Source: Stegostoma tigrinum
Lineage: Eukaryota
NCBI RefSeq assembly: GCF_030684315.1
Contig: NC_081402.1
Location: forward strand, 1,736,001-1,800,000
Length of the DNA: 64,000 nucleotides
Direction of reading: 5' to 3'
Below are positions 12,949 to 27,960 of the stretch, in pieces (the first letter of the stretch is position 1; the number at the start of each line of letters is the position of its first letter). Both the position numbers and the translations under genes were made by a program. Below the pieces are notes generated by a model. It was given only the letters and a program-made list of their open reading frames with translations, searched no databases and was not told the origin of the DNA.

Positions 12949-13433
12949 TGCAATAGAGAGCTGTGGGGGCAGATCGCTTGCCTATACATAAGGCTGGGCT
13001 AGATGGACTCCTGCTCTGTTGGGGAATCAAGGATTTCAAACTTTCAATGGCAGCTCGAAGGAAAACACAAGCTCAAACATTTCCAAGGATGCTCTTTTTA
13101 TTGCCCGATATGCAATATGGACTTTTCAAATGGCTGAAATGTTTTGGAAGTTAATGACATAACAGCGGAGTGTTTGAATTTGTCAATTATTACTAAACCA
13201 AGAAACAGCTCGCAATGACATTGGGTGTAGAAATAAAAGCTAACTTTTCGTAGAATCCTCCTCGGTTGCGTCTCACTGCTGCCCTCTGTTGGATGCTCTT
13301 CCTCCTGAGAGCACCAGGCCCTCTGCAAAACATTCTCAGTTACAATGGGCAAACCAACTTCTCCCAGAACACTATAATAAAATGTGAGGCTGGATGAACA
13401 CAGCAGGCCAAGCAGCATCTCAGGAGCACAAAA

Positions 13434-13468
13434 GCTGACGTTTCGGGCCTAGACCCTTCATCAGAGAG
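13434..13468 (-). ncRNA. Minimal type I hammerhead ribozyme motif in Penelope 3' terminal repeat
   Basis: Minus strand CTGATGA-A-GGG-tctagg-CCC-GAAA-C-GTC; palindromic ACGT stem III; stem I is weak. Confidence 0.7.
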
Positions 13469-13688
13469 GGGGATGGGGGGAGGGAACTGGAATAAATAGG
13501 GAGAGAGGGGGAGGCGGACCGAAGATGGAGAGTAAAGAAGATAGGTGGAGAGGGTGTAGGTGGGGAGGTAGGGAGGGGATAGGTCAGTCCAGGGAAGACG
13601 GACAGGTCAAGGAGGTGGGATGAGGTTAGTAGGTAGCTGGGGGTGCGGCTTGGGGTGGGAGGAAGGGATGGGTGAGAGGAAGAACCGG

Positions 13689-15968
13689 TTAGGGAGGCAG
13701 AGACAGGTTGGACTGGTTTTGGGATGCAGTGGGTGGGGGGGAAGAGCTGGGCTGGTTGTGTGGTGCAGTGGGGGGAGGGGATGAACTGGGCTGGTTTAGG
13801 GATGCAGTGGGGGAAGGGGAGATTTTGAAACTGGTGAAGTCCACATTGATACCATATGGCTGCAGGGTTCCCAGGCGGAATATGAGTTGCTGTTCCTGCA
13901 ACCTTCGGGTGGCATCATTGTGGCAGTGCAGGAGGCCCATGATGGACATGTCATCAAGAGAATGGGAGGGGGAGTGGAAATGGTTTGCGACTGGGAGGTG
14001 CAGTTGTTTGTTGCGAACTGAGCGGAGGTGTTCTGCAAAGCGGTCCCCAAGCCTCCGCTTGGTTTCCCCAATGTAGGGGAAGCCGCACCGGGTACAGTGG
14101 ATGCAGTATACCACATTGGCAGATGTGCAGGTGAACCTCTGCTTAATGTGGAATGTCATCTTGGGGCCTGGGATGGGGGTGAGGGAGGAGGTGTGGGGAC
14201 AAGTGTAGCATTTCCTGCGGTTGCAGGGGAAGGTGCCGGGTGTGGTGGGGTTGGAGGGCAGTGTGGAGCGAACAAGGGAGTCACGGAGAGAGTGGTCTCT
14301 CCGGAAAGCAGACAGGGGAGGGGATGGAAAAATGTCTTGGGTGGTGGGGTCGGATTGTAAATGGCGGAAGTGTCGGAGGATAATGCGTTGTATCCGGAGG
14401 TTGGTAGGGTGGTGTGTGAGAACGAGGGGGATCCTCTTGGGGCGGTTGTGGCGGGGGCGGGGTGTGAGAGACGTGTTGCGGGAAATGCGGGAGACGCGGT
14501 CAAGGGCGTTCTCAATCACCGTGGGGGGAAAGTTGCGGTCCTTAAAGAACTTGGACATCTGGGATGTGCGGGAGTGGAATGTCTTATCGTGGGAGCAGAT
14601 GCGGCGGAGGCGGAGGAATTGGGAATAGGGGATGGAATTTTTGCAGGAGGGTGGGTGGGAGGAGGTGTATTCTAGGTAGCTGTGGGAGTCGGTGGGCTTG
14701 AAATGGACATCAGTTACAAGCTGGTTGCCTGAGATGGAGACTGAGAGGTCCAGGAAGGTGAGGGATGTGCTGGAGATGGCCCAGGTGAACTGAAGGTTGG
14801 GGTGGAAGGTGTTGGTGAAGTGGATGAACTGTTCGAGCTCCTCTGGGGAGCAAGAGGCGGCGCCGATACAGTCATCAATGTACGGGAGGAAGAGGTGGGG
14901 TTTCGGGCCTGTGTAGGTGCGGAAGATGGACTGTTCCACGTAACCTACAAAGAGGCAGGCATAGCTGGGGCCCATGCGGGTGCCCATGGCCACCCCCTTA
15001 GTCTGTAGGAAGTGGGAGGAGTCAAAAGAGAAGTTGTTGAGTGTGAGGACGAGTTCCGCTAGGCGGATGAGAGTGTCGGTGGAGGGGGCCTGGTCGGGCC
15101 TGCGGGACAGGAAGAAGCGGAGGGCCTTGAGGCCATCTCCATGCGGAATGCAGGTGTACAGGGACTGGACGTCCATGGTGAATATGAGGTGTTGGGGGCC
15201 AGGGAATTGGAAGTCCTGGAGGAGGTGGAGGGCGTGGGTGGTGTCACGGACATAGGTGGGGAGTTCCTGGACCAAAGGGGAGAAAATGGAGTCCAGATAG
15301 GTGGATATGAGTTCGGTGGGGCAGGAGCAGGCTGAGACGATGGGTCGACCAGGGCAGGCAGGTTTGTGGATTTTGGGAAGGAGATAGAAACGGGCCGTGC
15401 GGGGTTGGGGAACAATGAGGTTAGAGGCTGTGGGTGGGAGGTCCCCTGAGGTGATGAGGTCATGAATGGTGTTGGAGATGATGGTTTGGTGCTCGGGTGT
15501 GGGGTCATGATCGAGGAGGCGGTAGGAGGTGGTGTCGGAGAGTTGGCGTCTGGCCTCGGCGATGTAGAGGTCAGTACGCCATACTACCACTGCGCCACCC
15601 TTGTCTGCGGGTTTGATGGTGAGGTTGGGGTTGGAGCGGAGGGAGCGGAGGGCTGCCCGTTCTGCGGGGGAGAGGTTAGAGTGGGTGAGAGGGGTGGAGA
15701 GGTTGAGGCGGTTGATGTCTCGACGGCAGTTGGAGATGAAGAGGTCGAGGGAGGGTAGGAGGCCTGGGGGTAGTGTCCAGGAGGAGGACTTGTGTTGGAA
15801 GCGGGTGAAGGGGTCAGTGGAAGGAGGGTTGGGTTCCCGGTTGAAGAAGTAGGCATGCAGGCGAAGACGGCGGAAAAACTGCTCTATGTCCGACCGTGAC
15901 TGGTATTCGTTGATGTGTGGTTGTAGGGGGACAAAGGTGAGCCCCTTGCTCAGGACTGACCGTTCGTC
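13689..15968 (-). CDS. Penelope RT + GIY-YIG endonuclease ORF (lacks native start)
   Basis: Provided ORF 13689-15590 extends in frame upstream (DERSVLSKGLTFVP...NLTIKPADKGGAVVVW) to the insertion junction. Confidence 0.8.
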   Translation of the reverse strand, partial: DERSVLSKGLTFVPLQPHINEYQSRSDIEQFFRRLRLHAYFFNREPNPPSTDPFTRFQHKSSSWTLPPGLLPSLDLFISNCRRDINRLNLSTPLTHSNLSPAERAALRSLRSNPNLTIKPADKGGAVVVWRTDLYIAEARRQLSDTTSYRLLDHDPTPEHQTIISNTIHDLITSGDLPPTASNLIVPQPRTARFYLLPKIHKPACPGRPIVSACSCPTELISTYLDSIFSPLVQELPTYVRDTTHALHLLQDFQFPGPQHLIFTMDVQSLYTCIPHGDGLKALRFFLSRRPDQAPSTDTLIRLAELVLTLNNFSFDSSHFLQTKGVAMGTRMGPSYACLFVGYVEQSIFRTYTGPKPHLFLPYIDDCIGAASCSPEELEQFIHFTNTFHPNLQFTWAISSTSLTFLDLSVSISGNQLVTDVHFKPTDSHSYLEYTSSHPPSCKNSIPYSQFLRLRRICSHDKTFHSRTSQMSKFFKDRNFPPTVIENALDRVSRISRNTSLTPRPRHNRPKRIPLVLTHHPTNLRIQRIILRHFRHLQSDPTTQDIFPSPPLSAFRRDHSLRDSLVRSTLPSNPTTPGTFPCNRRKCYTCPHTSSLTPIPGPKMTFHIKQRFTCTSANVVYCIHCTRCGFPYIGETKRRLGDRFAEHLRSVRNKQLHLPVANHFHSPSHSLDDMSIMGLLHCHNDATRRLQEQQLIFRLGTLQPYGINVDFTSFKISPSPTASLNQPSSSPPPTAPHNQPSSSPPPTASQNQSNLSLPP

Positions 15969-16049
15969 CTATGCAAAGCCTCTTCTCCCAGAACACTCCC
16001 CGGTTGCTTCTCACTGCTGCCCTCTGTTGGATGATTTTCCTTCTGTTAG

Positions 16050-17230
16050 GTGCCGGGTGTCGCAGCATTTGAAATTAGAGGGAATCTCGAAATTAAGATG
16101 CAAGAAATAGCTAAGGTTTAGTTAAAAGTGGAAAATAAAATCTAGATTGGAAGAAAAGCAAGAGAAAACCAATAGAAAGAGAACGAAAAAGAAAAGAGCA
16201 ATTGAAAGTGAGTAGAGAATAGAAATAGAATTGGAAATAAAGAAGCTTGAAGTGTGAAGTGAATAGAATGAAAAATACGCTAAGGTAGATTGTTTTAAAA
16301 AATAAATTTCAAATAGGTAAGGAAGACAGACAATTTCCTTTGTTCAGTGACGAACTTAGAGGAACCAAAAAGTGTTAGAGGCTCGGAGAACATAATTCTG
16401 ATTCCAATGAAGAATTAAATTTAATCAGGGTGCCCATATATATTCAGAGAGAGAAGGGAGTTAAAAGATACTTCAGTTCACTTGAAATGTAGTTAGGGAG
16501 CCCAAATGTCCAGAAATATTTGGAACTTAACGTTTTATCAGTTGTAGCTATGGGTATGTGTGTGCCAGTTTGTCAGAAGAATGCACTGAAAACTATGAAA
16601 TTGGTGAAAGGGCGGGGGGGGGTGCGGAAGCATGCTACATTCTTATGAACACGTCCTTGAAGATTATTAACTAAATTTAGGGCTGCAAGAAAGAAGCCAG
16701 ACATTTGTAGAATTTTCAAGAAGGGATACCTTTTGTTGTTTTGACCACTGAAGTCATAAAAATATGTTTGGAATTTAAGGGGAATTATAGTTTTGGAAGA
16801 ATTCAGAAATAATATTCTACAAAACTCTAAGAGGTCAGCAGTCAAATATCAAAATTCAGGATAACAGCAATTCAGTTATTGATGTATGGCATCTCATGCA
16901 AGCATTGCATGCGGGGAGCTGGCAATATGGAAATGAGCAATAATTGGAAGAATAGAGAATCTGCCGATGATAGAGGTACTGGTTTCGGTAAACAAACCAA
17001 AGGACGGCAATAAAATAAAAGAGAAAAGCTGGAACCACGTAGCAAAAAAAGAGAAAGTATAATATTTCCATTCCACAAATACTGCGAATATCAAAGTTGG
17101 AAGTTAAATGTGCGACCAGCCGCAGTGATCAGAGTACCCGAGGAATCCTCAGAAACGAAGGCATCGGGAAGTGAAATTAATACTAAAACTGTGACAGTGA
17201 TACAAAACGGGCATGTTTACTTAAAATCTT
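16050..17230 (+). mobile_element. Highly decayed Gypsy-like gag region
   Basis: Purine-rich coiled-coil-like stretch and LEEFRN-like motif, many stops. Confidence 0.35.
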
Positions 17231-18779
17231 TTCATTTAAAAAAAAGGGCTGGCCAGTATCTATTGCCTATCCCTAACTATCCAGATACAGCTAAGAGTCA
17301 AACACATTGGTCTGAACCTGGGGCGTCAAACCAGGTAGGGGTGTCAGATTTTCATCCTTAAAGGACATTGGTAAACATTTATAACATATAACAATGACAA
17401 TTAGCAGTGATTTTGTGGTGCCCACTGGGACAGCTTTTTATTCTGCATTTTGCTTCTAATAAATGCAAATTTCACTATCGGCCACAGTGGGATTCAAACC
17501 CCTTGCCCCAAAACACTTGCATGAGGTTTTTGGTTGCTCCATCCAGTGGCATTACCATTTCCCCACTGTCTCTCTGTTTCTGAGGCAGGTGAGATTATTC
17601 AGGGCAGTCAAGAAAATACTTTCTCAACCACTGGAAATCCGAGATAGTTCATGCTAAAAAGAGAATGTATTCCTTAATTCTGTAACTGATTGGATTCATT
17701 GATTGTCACATGTACCTAAGTACAGTGAAAAGGTGTGTTTACAAGCAGTATAGGCAGTTCATAGTAAGGAAGGTGTTATGAAGCAGAGATCAACCCCACT
17801 TCCACCACCTACCACCATGATAACTAAAACCGAAACCACCAACGAAGCTCACGTCACCTGTTATAAAGGAGAGGTTAAACAAAGTGAACTCCTGACAGTC
17901 ACTCCATAATTGACAAGCAATGATTTATATATCTAACTCTTAGTGAACAAATTCACCGAACTACTAACAAACCAAGCCATTCCCCCTTAACCACTAACTA
18001 ATCCCAAACAAAGCAAAATTCTAATGGTATGTTGTTCCAACAAACACAAGTCCCACTTATATAAATCAAAATAATATAATTAAAATTTCAAGTTTATAGC
18101 CAGGGAACATCTTACAGAATGCTTCGCACTCTCTGCTGATCCTCAGTCAGGAAAGCTTTTCTCCATCAAATTCTGTGTAAGGATATTAGTGAAAAGTGCC
18201 ACTATAACTTTAGTTTAGATGATGGCTTTCTGACCGCTTGGAAAATTCTGTGAGAGCCGATGATCCTTTCTTTTATAGCTGAGAGATGTTCTCTTGGAAG
18301 ATGACAGTTGACTCTCACATTTATTTTCAAATGACCTTCTTACAATAAGATTGGTCTTAGGTTGTCAAAGCCATTAGTCTCTAATTGCCAGTTTTAAATT
18401 AATAGGTTGATATTCAAACTGGTTGCCTTGCTAATGAAACAAGACTACTGCCTACGTTGTTAACCACACAGCTTTTTGATGCAAGTTTCAACTTCAGGGG
18501 CTCTCTGTGCACCTGCCCATTTTAAAAAAATCTCCAAGCCTAGAAAAATCACATCATCTTTAAAGGGACCATGCAATACTTCCCCCACACCCCCACACCC
18601 CCACCTCATTATTTTACAAACATCAAATTCTAACGTCCTGCCTTCCAATCTGCAAGTACTCTGCCCAACTTCAGAACAAAGAACATACAAATCAGAGGGT
18701 GAGAAAAAAAACTAGACAGAGGCATTGAAGTTGCATTGCACAGGGACTGTGCTAGGCAGGATCAACATGAGCAAGTTCA

Positions 18780-19300
18780 TCATTACTTGAAGTTAGAGTG
18801 TCCATTCATCAGCCTGATAATGGCAAGGAAGAAGCTATTCTTGAACCCGTTGATGCATATGTTCAAGCTTTTGTAACTTCTGCCTGACAGAGGAGGTTGT
18901 AGGAGAGCATTGCCAAGGTGAAATGTATCTCTGACGATGTGAGCCACCTTTCCATGGCAGTGAGAAGTATAAATGGAGTCCACGGTTGGCAGGTTAGCTT
19001 TTATGATTGTCTAGGCTCTGCACACAACCTTCTGCAGTTTATTGCGGTACTGGACAGAGCAGTTACCATGCCAGTGTGCTTTCAATGGTGCTTCTGTAGA
19101 AGTTGGTGAGGGTTCATTAAGGACCATCCTTAATAGTATGCAGTAACAGTAGTCTCTTATGATAATCATTAGGACCTCACGGGTATGCCAAATTTCCCGA
19201 GCCGCCTGAGGAGGAAGAGGAATTGTTGTGCCTTCTTGACCATGACATTGATGTGGAAATTCCAGGCCAGGTTGTCAGTTAATGTCATTCATAGGATTTT
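18780..19300 (-). mobile_element. Rex1/L2-like non-LTR retrotransposon 3' fragment
   Basis: VKKAQQFLFLLRRLGKFG..TLTNFYRSTIES and LSGRSYKSL..FKNSFF.AIIRLMN. Confidence 0.65.
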
Positions 19301-19310
19301 TTTAAAAAAT

Positions 19311-19625
19311 AGAATCCCTACAGTGTGGAAATAGACCCTTCAGCCCAACAAGTCCACACCCACTCTCACAGCATCCCACCCAGACCCATCCCCCATAGCC
19401 CACCTAATCTACACATCCCTGAACACTATGGACAATTTAGCATGGCCAGTCACCTAGCCTACACGTTTTTGGACTGTGAGAGGAAACCAGAGCACCCGGA
19501 GGAGACCCACGAAGACACAGGGAGAAAGTGCAAACTCCACACATACAGTCACCAGAGGGTGAAATTGAACCCGGATCCCTTGATCTGTGAGGCTGCAGTG
19601 CTAACCACTGTGCCACCATGCCACT
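19311..19625 (-). mobile_element. HE1-like SINE
   Basis: Reverse complement of tRNA head, core and tail as in 12635-12948. Confidence 0.8.
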
Positions 19626-20844
19626 CTCCAGCCTCTCAATCTCTGTTCTGTTGATGTAGATGGGGGCGCATTCTCCTCCCTTTTTAAGGAACTGGCAAAC
19701 CAATAAACATATTGTGAAACATTGGAGCAAGCCAGTCACTGAAGTGGGTTGGCAGTTTATCTACAAGTGAGATTAGTGTAAAAGAACATATTAATTGGAA
19801 GTGTACATGGAGACTGCAAACCAGTCTCAACATGTAGAGTCAGATTAAACAGTATATGGAAAAATTGTAGCTGGAGCGGCGCAACAAATCCCCAGAGAAG
19901 GAATGGATTATATTTTGAAGAATGAAAATATTGACCTCATTGAGGGCGCTGAAACAACCAACAGAAGTAAAAGAAATTGAGATGCTGTGGGAGGAACACC
20001 CTTGATAGATTCATGACTGTGTTGTGACTGGATCTCAGGCCTGCAGATGCAGACAGGGTGTGGAGAAAAGCAAGTTGACTTGGAAATTGTTATAGAAAGT
20101 TGATAACATATTTTAAAAAGGTGGGGGAACAGGGTGGATATATTTAGCCCCGTTTCTTCAGTAAAAATGCAACAAATGGGTCACATATTGACAGAATGAT
20201 AACAAACAGCCAGTCAGAAATTGAATTAATATGCGATTCTTGTTACTTAAAATTCAAACCATCCCAAATACCAGATGATAAAGAAGGCAATGGTCCATCA
20301 TGTGGTAGGTCCATGTGAATATTACATTGAGGTTTAATGAGTGGGACATGCAATTCCAATGGCAGGTCACAAGTTTGAGGAAGACAGATAAAAACATTAC
20401 ATTTTAATTGCAACGATGCTCCATTTTTTATTGCCAGATATGCCAAATGTGACAGAATCACAGAACTGTCATACTGCAGGAGGAGGCCTTTCAACTCACT
20501 GTGCCTGCACTGGCTTTCCTTCCTCTTCTCAATATCTTTGCGCAGTTATTTCTGTCAACGTAACCTTCCAATGCCCTCACACATTCCCCAATTGAACCTG
20601 CCTCCAACACATTTCCAGGCAATGCATTCTAAAATTTGCTTTATGAAAAGAAAATCTCACATCACATTTCCTTCACTTTAAACATCACTTTAAACCTGTG
20701 CCCTTTTGTTTATTCATTTACAATTGGGAACTGTCCCCAGCTGTCCTCTATCCAGCCTGCCCATGATTTTAAAAAATGTCTACTAAATATTCTCTCATCT
20801 GCCTTTCCTCCAAACTCTGCAATCTATCCTCATATCTATGTCAG

Positions 20845-21500
20845 GTAATGGGATAATCACAACCATCAGTAAATCCCACATCTTTAGTTCTGACAGAACT
20901 TCACTTTAGTGGGGACATAAGAGATTCTGTAGGGCCCCTGTCCAAACCAGGAATGGAAATCAGTAACTTTGAATAATTATGGGAGTGGTGGCAAGATTTC
21001 CTGAAGTTGAAAAGTCATGCAAAACTACTAGTGGAAATGTTGGCTCATTTTGTTTTTTAAACAAGTTATGGGTTTCCAAACAAAAATACAATCAGATCAA
21101 GGTTTAAATTTAATGCCACAAATATTCAACTATTTGGTTTGAGATTTCAAAAAATTAAATCTTCTGTTTCAAATCTGCAATCTTAAGGAGCATTGGAAAG
21201 ATGGCTTTAAAGTTCAGCGAAGAAGGTCCTAATGATTATCATAAGAGACTACTGTTACTGCATACTATTAAGGATGGTCCTTAATGAACACACAATATAC
21301 AGACATTTTGAACCGATATATATGCACACATGAGGCAAGAGGACTCCTCAACTTGATTGGATAGGCATTTACAAATCAAACCCAAAGATAAACCTCTAGC
21401 TTATGTTATGTGTTTCAGAGAGAAAGTAACCAAAGCATGCAAATTGGCCAAAATATATTTGGCCATTCGATGTTTGGGTCACCAAAAATCAGAAATGAGC
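20845..21500 (+). mobile_element. Decayed Gypsy-like integrase fragment
   Basis: YGFPNKIQSDQG and GALERW-like motifs in broken frames. Confidence 0.5.
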
Positions 21501-22439
21501 ACTCTAATCATTCAGGCAACATTTTATACCCACCATCAAATAGTAACTCTTCCACCAGTCCCATTAAAATGCTAATCAGCTTCTCATGAACATGTTGAAA
21601 TAGACAAGCTGGACTGAAGGGTTTGCCTGTATGCTGTATGACTCTGTGACCCCTTTGAATGGCACAGAGTTGGATGTATGGGAGCCCAACTTCAGAACTT
21701 CTGGACGATTCAGAAATTGAAATATGAAACATTTGGAGGGTAATGTTAAAGCCCACAATGACAGAGCAGCAGGTGGAAGGGGCAATGATGGAATATAATA
21801 CAGAGAAATGAGAGATCATTTAAATTGAGAGAAATAACACAATGCTGAATGAAATCTACAATTGGAAAGGGAATATCATGCCTGAGGCTGCTGTGTTTGT
21901 GTGTGTCGAACAGAAATGATTCAAGTAGGTGTGACACTATGAGAGTTCACCTAATTTGACATTTGGTAAGGTCTTAGGCTTTAGTGAAAGGGACCAAAGG
22001 TGTCAAAGCATAAGACTGGTTCAAAAGTCATTCCTTGTGATGGGAAGGTGGAATGTGAGAGCAGTGAGATCTGAAATGATCTCCAATAAAGCACCAGGGA
22101 CCCGCAAGGATATTTCTTGAACCCAGCCAGTGGTTTGGAAGTGGAATGCGCTGACAGAGAGTGAGGATGATATAGATTTCATCATGGCTTGACACAGAGA
22201 AATGGTACATTATCCGCAGACTGTTACTTTGAGATAACAGGATAAGGTAAAGTGCAGAAGATTTAGGTGTGCAGATGTGACAAGGAAGGTTTACAACGAG
22301 GGGCTGTTAAGTATTTGGAACTCACTGCCAGTATGGGTGGTAGAAGTAGAAACTCTCATAACCTTGAAGAGCATTGCATGCAAGACTCATGGGCCAATTA
22401 CTGAAAAATGAGATGAGAATAATTCCGTGGTTGAACATG

Positions 22440-23115
22440 GACATAGCAGGTTTGGAGAGTAAATTTTCGAATGACACTAAAATTGGAGGCGTAGCGGGCA
22501 GTGAAGAAAGTACCTCAGAGTACATCAGGATCTCAAACAGATGAGCCGATGGGCCAAGGAGTGGCAGGTGGAGTTTAATTTAGATAAATGTTAATTTATT
22601 AAGGAATTTTGTTAAGCTGCTTTGGAATATTGCACTCAGTTTTGGTCCCCGTGTTATAGGAAAGATGTTGTGAAACTTGAAAGGACTCAGAAAAGATTTA
22701 CATGGATTTTGCCGGGGTTGGAGGATTTGAGCAACGGGAGAAATTGAACAGATTGGAGCTATGTTCCCTGGAGCATTGGAGGCTGGAGTGTTACAGAAGT
22801 TTAACAATTCATGAGGGGCATGGTTAGCCAAAGTCTTACCCCAGTGTAAAGAAGTCCAAAACGAGGCAATACAGCTTTAAAGTGAGAGGGGCAAGATTTA
22901 AAAGGACCTCAGGGGAAACTTTTCCCCACAGAGGATGGCACAAATATGCAGTGACAATCCAGAGGAAGTGGTCGGGGCTGGTACAATTACAACATTTAAA
23001 AGGCAGGTTAGGAGACATATGGGCGAAATGCTAATGAATTAATTTACAGTATCTGGCCACCATGGGCAAATTGGACTGAAGGCTCTGTTTCCATGATGTA
23101 CAACTGTATGACTTT
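22440..23115 (+). mobile_element. CR1 LINE 3' fragment
   Basis: SKFxDDTKIGG, LEYCTQFWSP, CR1 3' UTR. Confidence 0.8.
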
Positions 23116-23748
23116 ACTGACAGTCTCATATGTGATGGGCTGAATAGTCATTTTGGCACTGTAGATAACGTTGGCTCTATGGCACTTTTGAAATGAATGC
23201 ACTTTTTCTCAGATTTAGACATCATATTCTGGACAAATGTTACTCATGATGAGTCAGTGGAATAGTTAAAATTTTAGCTCATAATATGTGCGTACTTGCC
23301 TCAGTTCAGTTTTGTTCGCAATATCCTAGTACTTTAATTGTTTCTTAAAGAACCTACCTGATCGTTTCTGAGACTGAACCATATCCAGTCTGTTTGTTTA
23401 TATAATTGGTCATGTTACCTCCCTTCTAAAATTCAGTCTTTGGTGATCAATGTGGGAGGGGACAAGGAAAGGAATCCGCTCAATCCATTTGGACCCAATC
23501 AGAACGTGGGGTCAATCAACCACTACCTACCAACTCCCAGTCAGCAGAACGTACTAGTATTAATCAAACCTAAAAAGATCAGAGCCTAACAAGCAGATCC
23601 CAAATAAAGCAAAGAGCCACAATCAATAAAACAAATATGCATCAGTTCCCCGACTGAGAAGCTCCTTTCCTATAAATTGCGTCACTGACCATTGTCTAAG
23701 AGACCCAACATTCCGATGCCCCATTCATCCAACTTCACTCGATCAGAT

Positions 23749-23871
23749 GGGTCTAGGCCTGAAACGTCAGCTTTTGTGCTCCTGAGATGCTGCTTGGCCT
23801 GCTGTGTTCATCCAGCTTCACACTTTGTTATTTTGGATTCTCCAGCATCTGCAGTCCCGATTATCTCAGAT
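23749..23871 (+). mobile_element. Short Penelope terminal-repeat insertion (family A) with TCAGAT target duplication
   Basis: Near-identical to 55551-55686; TCAGAT at 23743-23748 and 23866-23871. Confidence 0.75.
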
Positions 23872-24240
23872 CCCCAGTAATCAGTTTCCAATCTTTGAGT
23901 GCCCATTCATGCCAGCAAACCCAATTAACCACACATCAGATGCATATCAATGAGATTTGGAATCTATTTTCTAAAGATGTAGCACAGGACAATGTGTGAA
24001 TGAATGAAATACTCAGTGACACGAGTGCACAGCTATATGGAGTTTGAAGAAGCCAAATTGTGGAACATTCATCTTCACTCTTATTTTCCAACATGTTCCT
24101 CAATCCTTCACTGCTGTCTATAGCTCTTAATGAGACACACTTTCCAAATCATTTAAAATAACTTTATTTCTTAAATATTATTAATAACAATCAATATGCA
24201 TTATAGTTAAAACAGTTAATCGTTGAAATTGTAATAAAAC

Positions 24241-27817
<3,577 letters not shown>

Positions 27818-27875
27818 GATCCCCTGCGATCCTGGCAGCTCCCGGAATTCTGCTGCGTCTCACCGCGCCCCGCGC

Positions 27876-27960
27876 TATTTATACCGAATCTTCCGAAGTC
27901 AACTCGAGCTCTGATTGGTCAGTGAGCACAAAGGGATCCGGTTGCCTGGGGAGACGTCAA
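27876..27960 (-). promoter_or_regulatory. Core promoter of tubulin copy 1 (TATA, CCAAT, CRE-like)
   Basis: TATAAATA 27876-27883, CCAAT 27914-27918, TGACGTC near 27953-27959, about 60-140 bp upstream of ATG; near-identical to copy 2 promoter. Confidence 0.75.

Larger units (their letters stand above)
13374..15970 (-). mobile_element. Neptune-type Penelope-like retroelement (5'-truncated, young)
   Basis: Frame open from 15968 to 13689 (about 759 codons): KPADKGG, LLPKIHK, RPIVS, GVAMGT, YIDD, Cys-rich linker CNRRKCYTC, GIY-YIG (NVVYCIHC..YIGET..RFAEH); 3' terminal repeat with hammerhead core; flanked by a 16-bp direct repeat CTTCTCCCAGAACACT (13358-13373, 15982-15997). Confidence 0.92.

Noticed and set aside
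13708-15856. Numerous overlapping and antisense ORFs
   Set aside because: By-products of the C-rich Penelope coding strand; no independent motifs.
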